Assembly: GCA_947259575.1 (NCBI GenBank)
Contig: CAMYMU010000037.1
Location: 1-64,000 of the forward strand
Source of the DNA: an uncultured Ectothiorhodospiraceae bacterium
Lineage (GTDB): Bacteria; Pseudomonadota; Gammaproteobacteria; UBA6429; Thiohalophilaceae
Direction of reading: 5' to 3'
Length of the DNA stretch: 64,000 nucleotides
Positions within the stretch are counted from its first letter, which is position 1. The number at the start of each line of letters is the position of its first letter. The notes below the pieces were generated by a model, which did not search any database, was not told the DNA's origin, and saw nothing but the letters and a program-made list of their open reading frames with translations. A program made the translations under genes and the position numbers. Of this stretch, positions 19,484-29,417 are shown piece after piece.

Positions 19484-21193
19484 ATGAAACCAAAACAGCT
19501 TCTTTATTATTTTCTTATCCCCGTACTGATTGCCTGTAGTGAGGACAAGCAGTATGTCAGCATCAATCAGCAAGCAAATAACCAACTACCTGATAGCGCC
19601 GTGTATGAAGGTGATTATAAAGATGGAAAATTCCATGGCGATGGCAAACTAACCTGGCGAAATGGTGATGTTTATATTGGTGAGTTTGAAAACGGACTCA
19701 TGCACGGCGACGGTACCCTGAGCACGGCAACCGGTGATAGTTATGAGGGTGAATATGTTGATGGCCTCTGGGAAGGACAGGGCCATGTTCGTTACAAAGC
19801 AGGCGGAGAATACAAAGGTGAATTCAAGGCTGGGGAATTTAATGGCCAGGGGATATTTACCTCTTATGATGGTGTGATCTACGAAGGTGAATTTCGAGAT
19901 AGTCGCCAACATGGCAAAGGCAAAGTCACTTATAAGACAGGAAACACCTATGAAGGTGACATTGAGAACTGGATACTAGAAGGCAACGGTGTTTATATGA
20001 CGGTTAACGATGGCGTTATTTATTCAGGCCAGTTTGTAAAAGGATCACAAGAGGGTAAAGGGGAAATTAAACGTAAGAATGGAGAGCATTACATAGGAGA
20101 AATTAAGGGTTGGTCAGCGCATGGAATGGGAGTGCTCACAAAAAAGAATGGTGATAAATATACCGGTAGTTTTGAGTATGGCATGTATGAGGGCAAAGGC
20201 GTACTTCACTATAAAAATGGTGATAGTTATGAGGGTGAATTTCAGTCTGGCTCACCACATGGCATGGGAACCTATACCCGTGCAAAGCCGAAAGGGCGGA
20301 AGAAAGTAGAAACGGGTTATTGGGAATATGGCCGCTATCAAGGTCCCAGTAAGCCAGACAAAACGGCGACGAGAAACAACAAGTCTAAACGCCACCAGGC
20401 CAGTAACAAGGTTGATGCCGAAGCCGTATTTTATTCACAAAGTGATTTAATGGAAAAAGCTTTGATTACGCTTCAACCTAATCGACCGGGTATACCTGAT
20501 ATGTATTTTCTGGGTTTTGCCGGATACGGTTCGCAGGATGTCTTTATGAAAGAAACAAACTTTGCCAAGCAAATGTTTGATCGTCATCTTAATACTGAAG
20601 GCCGCTCGTTGGTGCTAGTTAATCATCGCAATGCAGTAACGAAGACACCGTTAGCCTCCGTCACCAACCTGAAAACATCATTGAATAAATTAGCTAAAGT
20701 CATGGATCTAGAAGAGGATATTCTATTTTTATATTTGACCAGTCACGGTTCCAGTAAACACGAATTGGATGTACATTTGAAAGGTTTGCCATTAAACGAC
20801 TTACCTGCAAAATCATTGGCAGAGATGATTAAGCAGAGTGGTATTAAATGGAAAGTGATCGTGGTCTCAGCGTGTTATTCAGGTGGTTTTATCAAAGCAC
20901 TCAAAGATGACTATACCGTAGTTATGACCTCAGCTCGTTCCGACCATGTTTCATTCGGCTGCTCTGATGAAGCAGAATTCACCTATTTTGGGCGCGCCTT
21001 ACTTAAAGAGTCGATACCTAGCACCAACACTTTTTCTGATGCTTTTGAAAAGGCCAGGGGACTGGTCACCGAATGGGAAGACAAGGAAAAATACGACCAC
21101 TCAGACCCTCAATTCTGGAGTGCAGACAAGATAGAGCAACACCTGTCAGCCTGGCGGGCAGCGCTACCAGAGCGTACTGCGCTTAATCCCTAA
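19484..21193 (+). CDS. Lipoprotein with ~12 MORN repeats fused to a C-terminal clan-CD (C13 legumain-like) cysteine peptidase domain, ~569 aa.
   Basis: Lipobox LIAC after MKPKQLLYYFLIPV. Tandem YEGDxxDGKxHGxG MORN units. C-terminal catalytic dyad contexts LYLTSHGS (His) and VIVVSACYSGG (Cys). Confidence 0.7.
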   Translation: MKPKQLLYYFLIPVLIACSEDKQYVSINQQANNQLPDSAVYEGDYKDGKFHGDGKLTWRNGDVYIGEFENGLMHGDGTLSTATGDSYEGEYVDGLWEGQGHVRYKAGGEYKGEFKAGEFNGQGIFTSYDGVIYEGEFRDSRQHGKGKVTYKTGNTYEGDIENWILEGNGVYMTVNDGVIYSGQFVKGSQEGKGEIKRKNGEHYIGEIKGWSAHGMGVLTKKNGDKYTGSFEYGMYEGKGVLHYKNGDSYEGEFQSGSPHGMGTYTRAKPKGRKKVETGYWEYGRYQGPSKPDKTATRNNKSKRHQASNKVDAEAVFYSQSDLMEKALITLQPNRPGIPDMYFLGFAGYGSQDVFMKETNFAKQMFDRHLNTEGRSLVLVNHRNAVTKTPLASVTNLKTSLNKLAKVMDLEEDILFLYLTSHGSSKHELDVHLKGLPLNDLPAKSLAEMIKQSGIKWKVIVVSACYSGGFIKALKDDYTVVMTSARSDHVSFGCSDEAEFTYFGRALLKESIPSTNTFSDAFEKARGLVTEWEDKEKYDHSDPQFWSADKIEQHLSAWRAALPERTALNP

Positions 21194-21328
21194 GCAGTTA
21201 AAAATAAAAGAAATATTGGCCCGCAAAGGTCAAGATCTGCTAGCGTCTGTCCGCTAATAATGGGACAGCACTAATAAAATAAAATTAGTAACAACAAGAC
21301 CCGATTTCGCCCAGGAGTTTTAATAGGC

Positions 21329-22534
21329 ATGAGCAATGTTTTCGTTGGCCGCCAGCCCATTTTTGATCAAAAGTTAAATGTCTATGGCTATGAGTTACTC
21401 TACCGTGCGGCTGAAGCTAATAAAACTTCGGCAGGTATGATAAGTGGTGAACAGGCAACATACACTACCATTATTAACACTTTTGTCGAGATCGGTCTGG
21501 ACCGGTTGGTGCGCGACAAGCAAGCAGCGATTAATCTCACAGAAGAATTCTTACTGGAAGACAACAAGCTACCATTTTCTCCGGATCAGGTTATTCTGGA
21601 AATTCTGGAAGACATATCGGTAACGCCGAAATTGATTGAAGCAGTGCAGCGCCTGGTTGATGCTGGTTATACCATTGCGCTTGATGACTACATTTATAAC
21701 CCTGCTCATGCACCTCTGATTAAGTTGGCAAAGATCGTCAAGATAGACTTGATGGCCCTGGATATGGCGGAGGTTGAGAAGCATGTACATGAGCTCAAAA
21801 AGTATGATGTTAAACTGTTGGCAGAGAAGATTGAAACAGCCGAGGAGTTTATTCAATGTCGAGAAATTGGTTTTGATTATTTTCAAGGTTACTTTTTAAG
21901 TAAACCACAGATTGTTAAAGGTCAGAGCCTACCATCCAATCGTCTTACCATTTTAAATTTGCTTGCAGTTTTACATAATCCTGATTCGGATCCAGATGAT
22001 CTTGCTGAAGCGATTAACACCGACATCACCACGAGTTATAAATTATTAAAATTGATCAATTCGGCAGCGTTTAATCTACAACGTGAAATTGAATCCATCG
22101 AACACGGCGTGATGTTGTTGGGCCGACAGAAACTCTGTGGTTGGGCATCCATGCTTGCGATGAGTACGCTGAGCGACCGTCCTTCTGAGATTCTAAGAAC
22201 AGCGATGACCCGTGCAAAAATGTGTGAATTGTTAGGTGAGAAGCTTGGTGATAAAGCATCTGATCGATATTTTACGGTTGGTATGTTCTCGGCCTTAGAT
22301 CTTTTGTTGCAACGTCCTTTAGAGCAATTATTAGAACCTTTACCACTCAGTGATGATATTACATCGGCACTCCTAGCTCATGAAGGTCAGCTCGGCAACG
22401 TTTTGACTAGTGTTATGGCCTATGAAGTTTCTGATTGGGAAAATGCAAACATAGATGGTCTTGAGGCGAATGATATTTTAGTCGCCAATATCGAAGCTGT
22501 AACCTGGGCAAATGTGATTATGGATATGCTCTAG
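21329..22534 (+). CDS. EAL-domain plus HDOD-domain protein, 401 aa. The EAL domain may be partly degenerate.
   Basis: N-terminal QPIFD...YGYELLYR, EILE, KIDL, GFDYFQGYF. The DFG(T/A)GYSS loop is replaced by DDYIYNPAH. C-terminal HDOD (YKLLKLINSAAFNL...GVMLLG). Confidence 0.75.
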   Translation: MSNVFVGRQPIFDQKLNVYGYELLYRAAEANKTSAGMISGEQATYTTIINTFVEIGLDRLVRDKQAAINLTEEFLLEDNKLPFSPDQVILEILEDISVTPKLIEAVQRLVDAGYTIALDDYIYNPAHAPLIKLAKIVKIDLMALDMAEVEKHVHELKKYDVKLLAEKIETAEEFIQCREIGFDYFQGYFLSKPQIVKGQSLPSNRLTILNLLAVLHNPDSDPDDLAEAINTDITTSYKLLKLINSAAFNLQREIESIEHGVMLLGRQKLCGWASMLAMSTLSDRPSEILRTAMTRAKMCELLGEKLGDKASDRYFTVGMFSALDLLLQRPLEQLLEPLPLSDDITSALLAHEGQLGNVLTSVMAYEVSDWENANIDGLEANDILVANIEAVTWANVIMDML

Positions 22535-22735
22535 TCACGTAAACTAGTCATGACTTTGCACTTTATGTGAGATTTCCGAGCCTTGTTCGGCCAATAATAA
22601 TTTTTTCAGTGCTTAGTATTGAGAGATACTTTGGCTAAGAATACTTATAACGCCTTATTTTAGTGAATTTAAATCCAGGCAAATCTGTTTAAGTAATATC
22701 AGGCATTCGCTTTAAAAACCAACTAATTTGCCTAT

Positions 22736-23623
22736 TTATGCAGGTGTGGCTTGTTTTTCTTGAGGTAGAAATATGGCGCGCATACTCTCAAATTCTTGCC
22801 GCGCGGCCATGATGACAGGCTTAATAACGTCGGCTTTTAAGCCGGCCGTTTCCCAGGCACCGCTATGGATAGGTGGCGCATCGGTTTCTTCGATATTGAG
22901 AGTGTTGAGTTCTGCTAAGACCGCTAGAGTATTTGCAATATGTACGATTGATGTATGCTTTGGAAAGTGTGTCGCTTGTTCGGGAGTGTGGTGGTAACTA
23001 ATGGTTTCGACAAAAATAGCGGGTAAGTGCCAGTGGGCGATCAAAGCACCACCAAGTTGTGCATGATCAAAACCAATAATCTCATTTTCTGATTCCGTTA
23101 TCTCAGGTGCGTCTACCTGGTCCAGCTCACGTAGCAATACCTTAGTTGATGCTTCCGGGAAGTGACGGAACATGATCAACTGGCCTACGTCATGTAACAG
23201 ACCGGCAATAAACAATGAGTCGGATTCTTTGATGCCTGATAGTTCGGCAAGATTTTTTGCAATGATTCCACAAAGTAGACTATGGCTCCAAAAATCATCC
23301 ATAGTGACCAGTTCATTAGGAATGCCTTCAAAGGCTTCAACCGCACTTGTTGCTAGCACCATGTCCCGCAAGCGTTGAGTACCGATAATGGTGATGGCAC
23401 GTGAAACACTATGTATTTCATTGCTCAGACCATAAAAAGGACTATTAGCAACCCGTAACAGACGGATCGTAAGTCCAGGATCTTGACTGATGACAGCAGC
23501 GATATCAGCTGCTGAGCTCCCTTCGGATTCGATCATTTCATTGATACGGACAAAGACGCCAGGCAGGGAGACCAGGTCGTCGACCTGTTTAATGATGTCT
23601 TCTATGGCGGTGGTCATGATCAA
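22736..23623 (-). CDS. HDOD-domain protein, 295 aa.
   Basis: LPGVFVRINEMIES...IAAVISQDPGLTIRLLRVANSPFYG...IIGTQRLRDMV and the HD-like segment LHDVGQL. Confidence 0.7.
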   Translation of the reverse strand: MIMTTAIEDIIKQVDDLVSLPGVFVRINEMIESEGSSAADIAAVISQDPGLTIRLLRVANSPFYGLSNEIHSVSRAITIIGTQRLRDMVLATSAVEAFEGIPNELVTMDDFWSHSLLCGIIAKNLAELSGIKESDSLFIAGLLHDVGQLIMFRHFPEASTKVLLRELDQVDAPEITESENEIIGFDHAQLGGALIAHWHLPAIFVETISYHHTPEQATHFPKHTSIVHIANTLAVLAELNTLNIEETDAPPIHSGAWETAGLKADVIKPVIMAARQEFESMRAIFLPQEKQATPA

Positions 23624-23874
23624 GGTCCTTTTCTCTTATTCCATGCAGTAGGTTTCAAGTCGTGAGATACGGTAACAGGCCTACCCGTACAGTTGTACGT
23701 ATCTACCTCATTTATCGAACAATTCAGGAATAGGTTTAGCCAAAATGAGCATACTGGCTGAGTTTTTTATATAAGGGCGATCTGATATACTCCGCCTCCG
23801 CTGCCTATCGGTACTATTCATCTATTAGGTCAACTTTAGGGGCCACTACTGAGGTCCACTTTCGAGGTTATTTT

Positions 23875-25404
23875 ATGTTTCAGCTTGGATGCGCAAGTCG
23901 TGCATGCTTTAAGAACGAGATTTTGTCCGGACTCACAGTCGCCTTAGCACTGGTGCCCGAGGCAGTGGCCTTTGCATTCGTGGCGGGTGTTGACCCTTTG
24001 GTGGGACTGTATGCGGCCTTTATGGTGGGATTATTGGCAGCTATTTTCGGCGGCCGCCCCGGCATGATTTCTGGAGCAACAGGTGCCATGGCTGTGGTTA
24101 TGGTGGCCTTGGTAGCTGAACACGGTGTGCAGTATTTATTTGCCGCAGTAGTTCTGACCGGAATCATCCAAATTAGCGCAGGAGTTCTAAAGTTAGGTAA
24201 GTTTATTCGTATCGTGCCCCATCCGGTAATGCTGGGTTTCGTTAACGGCTTGGCGATCGTGATCTTTCTTGCACAGATACAGCATTTTGAAGTGAAGTTG
24301 CCAGATGGTGGCACGGAGTGGATGAGTGGTGCCGCGCTGTATATTTTTGCGGGTCTGATTATTTTGACTATGGCTATAATTCATTTTCTACCTAAATTGA
24401 CCGGTGCTTTTCCAGCTTCACTGGCAGCGATCTTGGTGGTTAGTGGTCTTGTAATTGGTTTTGGTCTGCCTACACAAACTGTTGGTGACTTGGCGAGTAT
24501 TAAAGGTGGCTTTCCTGAATTCCATATTCCGTTGGTACCATTTAACTTTGAGACATTAGTGATCATCTTTCCATATGCGATTATTTTGGCAGCGGTGGGT
24601 TTGATTGAATCATTGCTTACCTTAAGTCTGATCGATGAAGTGACCAACACGCGTGGTCGTGGTAATCGTGAATGTATTGGCCAGGGCATTGCCAATACTA
24701 CAACAGGTTTCTTTGGTGGTATGGGTGGGTGTGCCATGATTGGTCAGAGCATGATCAATATCAATTCGGGAGGTCGCCAACGGCTATCTGGTGTCTCTGC
24801 TGCGATATTTTTGCTTATCTTTATCTTATTTGCATCACCTTTGATTGAAAAGATACCTATGGCTGCACTCGTGGGCGTTATGTTTATCGTCGTCCTAGCT
24901 ACATTTGAGTGGTCCAGTTTGCGAATCATCCGCAAGATTCCTCTCACGGATGCTGTTGTGTTAGTACTGGTATCAGCGGTGACGGTGAAATATGACCTGG
25001 CGGTTGCCGTGGTGGTCGGTGTGATTGTCTCGGCACTGGCATTCGCCTGGGAACATGCCAAGCATATCAATGTAAAAGGATATGATGATGAAAATGGTTC
25101 ACGTATTTACGAACTTAATGGGCCATTATTCTTTGGTTCAGTAAAAAGTTTTATGGAGTTGTTTACGCCTGAGGATGATCCTGACGATGTTATTATCGAA
25201 TTTCAAAATTCACGGGTAGCCGATCACTCAGCGATTGAGGCAATCGATACCCTGGCCGAACGCTATATTAAAGCAGGCAAGTCATTACACTTACGGCACT
25301 TGAGTGCCGAGTGCCGGCAGTTACTAAAAAATGCCGGTGATCTTGTCGAGGTGAATGTAATGGAAGATCCTACTTATCATGTCGCCGACGATGAAGTGGC
25401 CTGA
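23875..25404 (+). CDS. SulP-family anion transporter with a C-terminal STAS domain, 509 aa.
   Basis: [22 protein letters not shown] signature, multiple TM helices, C-terminal STAS. Confidence 0.85.
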   Translation: MFQLGCASRACFKNEILSGLTVALALVPEAVAFAFVAGVDPLVGLYAAFMVGLLAAIFGGRPGMISGATGAMAVVMVALVAEHGVQYLFAAVVLTGIIQISAGVLKLGKFIRIVPHPVMLGFVNGLAIVIFLAQIQHFEVKLPDGGTEWMSGAALYIFAGLIILTMAIIHFLPKLTGAFPASLAAILVVSGLVIGFGLPTQTVGDLASIKGGFPEFHIPLVPFNFETLVIIFPYAIILAAVGLIESLLTLSLIDEVTNTRGRGNRECIGQGIANTTTGFFGGMGGCAMIGQSMININSGGRQRLSGVSAAIFLLIFILFASPLIEKIPMAALVGVMFIVVLATFEWSSLRIIRKIPLTDAVVLVLVSAVTVKYDLAVAVVVGVIVSALAFAWEHAKHINVKGYDDENGSRIYELNGPLFFGSVKSFMELFTPEDDPDDVIIEFQNSRVADHSAIEAIDTLAERYIKAGKSLHLRHLSAECRQLLKNAGDLVEVNVMEDPTYHVADDEVA

Positions 25405-25425
25405 TTAGAATCATTATTATCACTC

Positions 25426-25457
25426 GAAAAAAGCCGTTCTTTGAACGGTTTTTTTTC
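25426..25457 (+). terminator. Rho-independent terminator after the SulP gene.
   Basis: CCGTTC-TTT-GAACGG hairpin followed by T8. Confidence 0.6.
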
Positions 25458-25637
25458 GTCACTAGAATACACAGAACACCCTCTTTAACTAAGGTATTTG
25501 GATTTTTACTCGAAACTGTGAACTGGTTCGCGTGGATTCAGGCTGATCTGTGACGAATTTTTCAATTTAGTTGCTACCGATCATGCAAAAGCTGTCGTTA
25601 TAAATAAGTATATAATTTAATTATTAGGCTGCTCACA

Positions 25638-28013
25638 ATGACTTCTTCTGACAATGTCGTCTCATTTGAAGACGCGAAACAAGACTCGATTACTCGTCGA
25701 GTACTACTGCGTAAGTTACAACCCAAAATTAGGGAGCTAACTAACAAACATATGCTGAATGTGATGCAGGGCATGTTTGATAATGCCGATGACACGCTAT
25801 TTAAAATGGCTGAGAGTGCATCTGAAGGAAATGATAAAAATCTTTACATGGATTCGATGCGCATTGTACGTTTGCAACGCAAGTCTATCGAACAGGCATT
25901 TTTTAAAGAGTTGTCACGCTATTTCGATGACTATGAACAGGATGTCAAACCAAAAACAGAAGGAACTGCTGAGCTCGATTATGCATCGCTTGAATTAATG
26001 CCAGATGCTGATCTTGAGATCCAGCTCGCTGCAGAAAACCTTGTTCAGAAAGTAATTAATCTTTATGGCGCCGATGTAGCGGCAATGGAAAAACGTATCG
26101 CCTGGTTGCATGGTAGTGACGAAGTTGATTCAGAATCAATACCCTTTGGTGCTGAATGTCTTGTCCGAAGTTATACCAAGGCAACAGAGGTCCTGGAGCT
26201 TGCTCTGGAAATCCAGTTAATTCTACTGAAGTTATTTGATCTCCACTGTGTGCATAATCTTGCCGGGTTATACATGTCCATTAACCAGTTGTTGATAGCT
26301 GAAAATGTATTACCCGTTATCAAACATACCGCCGTCAAAAACGATTCATATTCAGCTCCTGGCTCTGCCCAAGCTGGTGTCACTCAGGAAATGACCAACC
26401 AACCGGGTGCCCAGGATTATCCGGGTGGTCCGATGACAAGTCCAGGTGCTAGTCCTATGTGGGGACAATTGCAAAACATGTTAAGTGCACACCGCCAGGA
26501 AACATATGGGGCAGGTTTTGCGCCAGGTGGCCCTGTAATGGGAGGTGCTCCGCAACAAGGAGGTGGTACCGGTCATCATATGGGATTACCCAGTAATGCT
26601 ACTGGCGGTCAGGTACTTGTGCCAATGACGACACAAGATGTGCTTAGTTCCTTGTCTGAAATACAGAGCGGTGCAATTGATCAGTTACCGCAAGGTGGTG
26701 CGCATGCCGTAGGAAATTTTTTAAGAGTACACCTTGAAGCGAGTGCACGTGAAGGTGAGCAGGAGAAAGCAATTAATCCGGTTGATAATGACTTGATTGA
26801 TGTAGTGTGTCTTATTTTTGAATATATTCTGGATGATCCTAACTTACCAGTAGCCGCTAAGGCCAGCATTGGTCGTTTACAAATTCCGATGTTGAAAGTG
26901 GCGATGCTGGATAAAGAGTTTTTTTCGATGAATGGTCATCCGGCCCGATATTTACTTAATTTATTAGCTAGTACGGCAGTAGCGGTTGAAGATAGTGAAC
27001 CACAAGATCAACCCGTATTGGAAAAAATTGATCAGATCGTAGAATACATACTTGAAAATTTCTCTGATGACATAAGCTTGTTTGAACAACAAACTGAAGA
27101 GCTTAATAACTTCATCAGCGAACATAATAGGAAGGAGCAAGAGGCCTATCATGAACTTGGTCAGCAGCTGCAGGAAAAAGAAGAATTAGCTCTGGCCAGA
27201 GCCTGGGTTAAAGAGACATTAAGCCAACACTTAACTGGACGTGAGTTAGCCAAACCCATCGTCGATATTATCTTAGGCCCATGGAAAGATGTAATGCTCG
27301 AGACTTATCTACAAGAAGGTGAGCACAGTCAGTTGTGGAAGACACAGATTCGTTTTATTGATGTGTTGTGTTGGTCTGTGGAGCCAAAAAAACTCAATCT
27401 GGATAAGAAAAAGCTCGGTACTATTATTCAACAGCTTGTTACTACCTTGCGCGATGGGCTGCAAAGGATTAACTGTTCGCAAGAAGATGTGAACCGTATC
27501 TTTAGTACCTTAGAGCCTTACCATCTGGCCAGTGTGCATGGTCTTGATCTTGCTGACTGTGTCGTGATGAGCCAGGAAAAAGAGTCGATTGCTGAAGTGT
27601 TACAAGATAACTCGAAAAAAGATATTTTAAATGAAGAGATAGAGAGAATTATTGCCGACGAAAAAGTGATTCTTGAAGATATTGTTCTGGAAGACTGGGA
27701 GCCAGCCAGTGATTTAGATGAGATCAATGATGAATATCTAATGCTGGCACGTCATATGGAAATGGGTAAGTGGGTAGAGTTTCATAATGCCGCTGGTGAA
27801 ACGAAACGTGCCAAACTTGCCTGGAAGAGTGAGTTGTTAGGCGAGTACACCTTCTTGAACTGGAAATTCGACGTTGTCGCAGACAAGACACTAAACGAGT
27901 TAGCAGAGGACTTACGACAGGGAAATGCCAAGGTTGTCGATGATGTACCGTTAATGGATCGCGCTTTGTCTGCTGTTGTGACCAGCCTGATACCAAAAGA
28001 GAAGGCCCGATAA
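25638..28013 (+). CDS. Large conserved hypothetical protein (DUF1631-like), 791 aa, with a central Gly/Pro/Gln-rich low-complexity region.
   Basis: The N-terminal pattern (RRVLLRKL...NVMQGMFDNADDTLFKMAESA) resembles gammaproteobacterial DUF1631 proteins. No catalytic motif recognised. Confidence 0.45.
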   Translation: MTSSDNVVSFEDAKQDSITRRVLLRKLQPKIRELTNKHMLNVMQGMFDNADDTLFKMAESASEGNDKNLYMDSMRIVRLQRKSIEQAFFKELSRYFDDYEQDVKPKTEGTAELDYASLELMPDADLEIQLAAENLVQKVINLYGADVAAMEKRIAWLHGSDEVDSESIPFGAECLVRSYTKATEVLELALEIQLILLKLFDLHCVHNLAGLYMSINQLLIAENVLPVIKHTAVKNDSYSAPGSAQAGVTQEMTNQPGAQDYPGGPMTSPGASPMWGQLQNMLSAHRQETYGAGFAPGGPVMGGAPQQGGGTGHHMGLPSNATGGQVLVPMTTQDVLSSLSEIQSGAIDQLPQGGAHAVGNFLRVHLEASAREGEQEKAINPVDNDLIDVVCLIFEYILDDPNLPVAAKASIGRLQIPMLKVAMLDKEFFSMNGHPARYLLNLLASTAVAVEDSEPQDQPVLEKIDQIVEYILENFSDDISLFEQQTEELNNFISEHNRKEQEAYHELGQQLQEKEELALARAWVKETLSQHLTGRELAKPIVDIILGPWKDVMLETYLQEGEHSQLWKTQIRFIDVLCWSVEPKKLNLDKKKLGTIIQQLVTTLRDGLQRINCSQEDVNRIFSTLEPYHLASVHGLDLADCVVMSQEKESIAEVLQDNSKKDILNEEIERIIADEKVILEDIVLEDWEPASDLDEINDEYLMLARHMEMGKWVEFHNAAGETKRAKLAWKSELLGEYTFLNWKFDVVADKTLNELAEDLRQGNAKVVDDVPLMDRALSAVVTSLIPKEKAR

Positions 28014-28088
28014 ATAGACTGGTTACCAATTTAAGGCCAGCTCGCATACAATGTGTTTTTTATTTGTATGTGAGAGGGTTTTCTACCG

Positions 28089-28502
28089 ATGAGTAATACT
28101 TTCCTGGTTCGTCCTAACGGTCCGCTTATCGCGCAGGGTAAAATCAGGATTCTTGGTACTGATGGATTAGTACTAATTGAATCTGACGAAGTATTTTTAT
28201 GTCGCTGCGGTCATTCAAACAATAAACCCTTTTGCGATGGTGCGCATAAGCAATCTGGCTTTAGTGACGCAGCTGTATTTAGTGATGATAAGGCAGAGGC
28301 CCTGCAGGAAGACCAAGGCATCGAAATTAGCTTGCGCGAAAATGCCATGTTGATTGCCAAAGGCCCGATGACAATACAGAGTGAAGATGGTTCTTGTAGC
28401 ACAACACGCAATAAGGCAGCACTGTGTCGTTGTGGTGAGTCGGTTAAAAAACCTTTCTGTGATGTCTCACATAAGCGCTGTGGTTTTATTTCAAACGATT
28501 AA
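28089..28502 (+). CDS. CDGSH iron-sulfur domain protein with two CDGSH motifs, 137 aa.
   Basis: CRCGHSNNKPFCDGAH and CRCGESVKKPFCDVSH (mitoNEET-type 3Cys-1His [2Fe-2S] motifs). Confidence 0.8.
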   Translation: MSNTFLVRPNGPLIAQGKIRILGTDGLVLIESDEVFLCRCGHSNNKPFCDGAHKQSGFSDAAVFSDDKAEALQEDQGIEISLRENAMLIAKGPMTIQSEDGSCSTTRNKAALCRCGESVKKPFCDVSHKRCGFISND

Positions 28503-29299
28503 AGGACTGCTTGATTTTGAGCGTTTGCATGGGTGAATACATCTTTCCATGAGGCATAGCTTGCTGCCATCAACACGGGTATCACGACCAGCAATCCCAG
28601 GTAAAATGTGAGTGCCGACAACATAAAGAGCAACATCATAAAAAAACTAAAAACTATAAAGGGTAATATGTTGCGTTTTAATCCTTGTATGCTCATTTTA
28701 AATGCTTCACCAACTGGCAAATCATGCAAAGCAACTAGTGGTGGTCCGAACCAGGATACGGACATCAAGACCAGCATCACGGCTAACATGATGGGAATAC
28801 CGATGAGCAGCAGGATTGTAATAACAACTGGGGATGGACCACCAGACGAATCAAGCGCGCTAACAATGGCTATACCAATAAAGAAAATGATTAGCATCGC
28901 GATCATCATCAAGATGGTAATGCCCAATATTAACGCCCCCAATAAAGCTAGCTTACTTGCCGCTTGATTAAATCCCTCAAACAGGTGTTGTACCTCAAGA
29001 GCCCCACCATTATCCTGATTGTGCAGGCCGATCATTAATCCACCGACGAGCATTGGTTGTAGAATATTTGTCGCAAAGGGTACAAAGGAAGAAAAAATCA
29101 GGATAACAAAGTAGATGATAGTAATAAGGATCCAGACGCCTGCACTTTGCCCGAAGTAACGGAAGCCATCACCAATCCAGCCTAGACCTCGTCCAATTGG
29201 AACTTTCTGTGGTTCTACAAAAGACCAGACATCATCGGTTTTATCCGAAGTGAGTTCAACAGATGTACTAGGGGGTTGGTAGGGATTATCAGAGCTCAT
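28499..29299 (-). CDS. Polytopic inner-membrane protein of unknown function, 266 aa.
   Basis: Cytoplasmic N-terminal tail (NPYQPP), then ~6 TM helices. No recognisable catalytic motif. 4-bp convergent overlap with the CDGSH gene. Confidence 0.5.
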   Translation of the reverse strand: MSSDNPYQPPSTSVELTSDKTDDVWSFVEPQKVPIGRGLGWIGDGFRYFGQSAGVWILITIIYFVILIFSSFVPFATNILQPMLVGGLMIGLHNQDNGGALEVQHLFEGFNQAASKLALLGALILGITILMMIAMLIIFFIGIAIVSALDSSGGPSPVVITILLLIGIPIMLAVMLVLMSVSWFGPPLVALHDLPVGEAFKMSIQGLKRNILPFIVFSFFMMLLFMLSALTFYLGLLVVIPVLMAASYASWKDVFTHANAQNQAVL

Positions 29300-29417
29300 G
29301 ATTATTCCTTTATCATTATTATACTAATAATAGCTTTCGCTTTATTCCATCATAGATTGATGGTTGGACATATTCAAGGCACATAATAGTTTGAGCTCTC
29401 GTTTGAGAGCTAGAATG

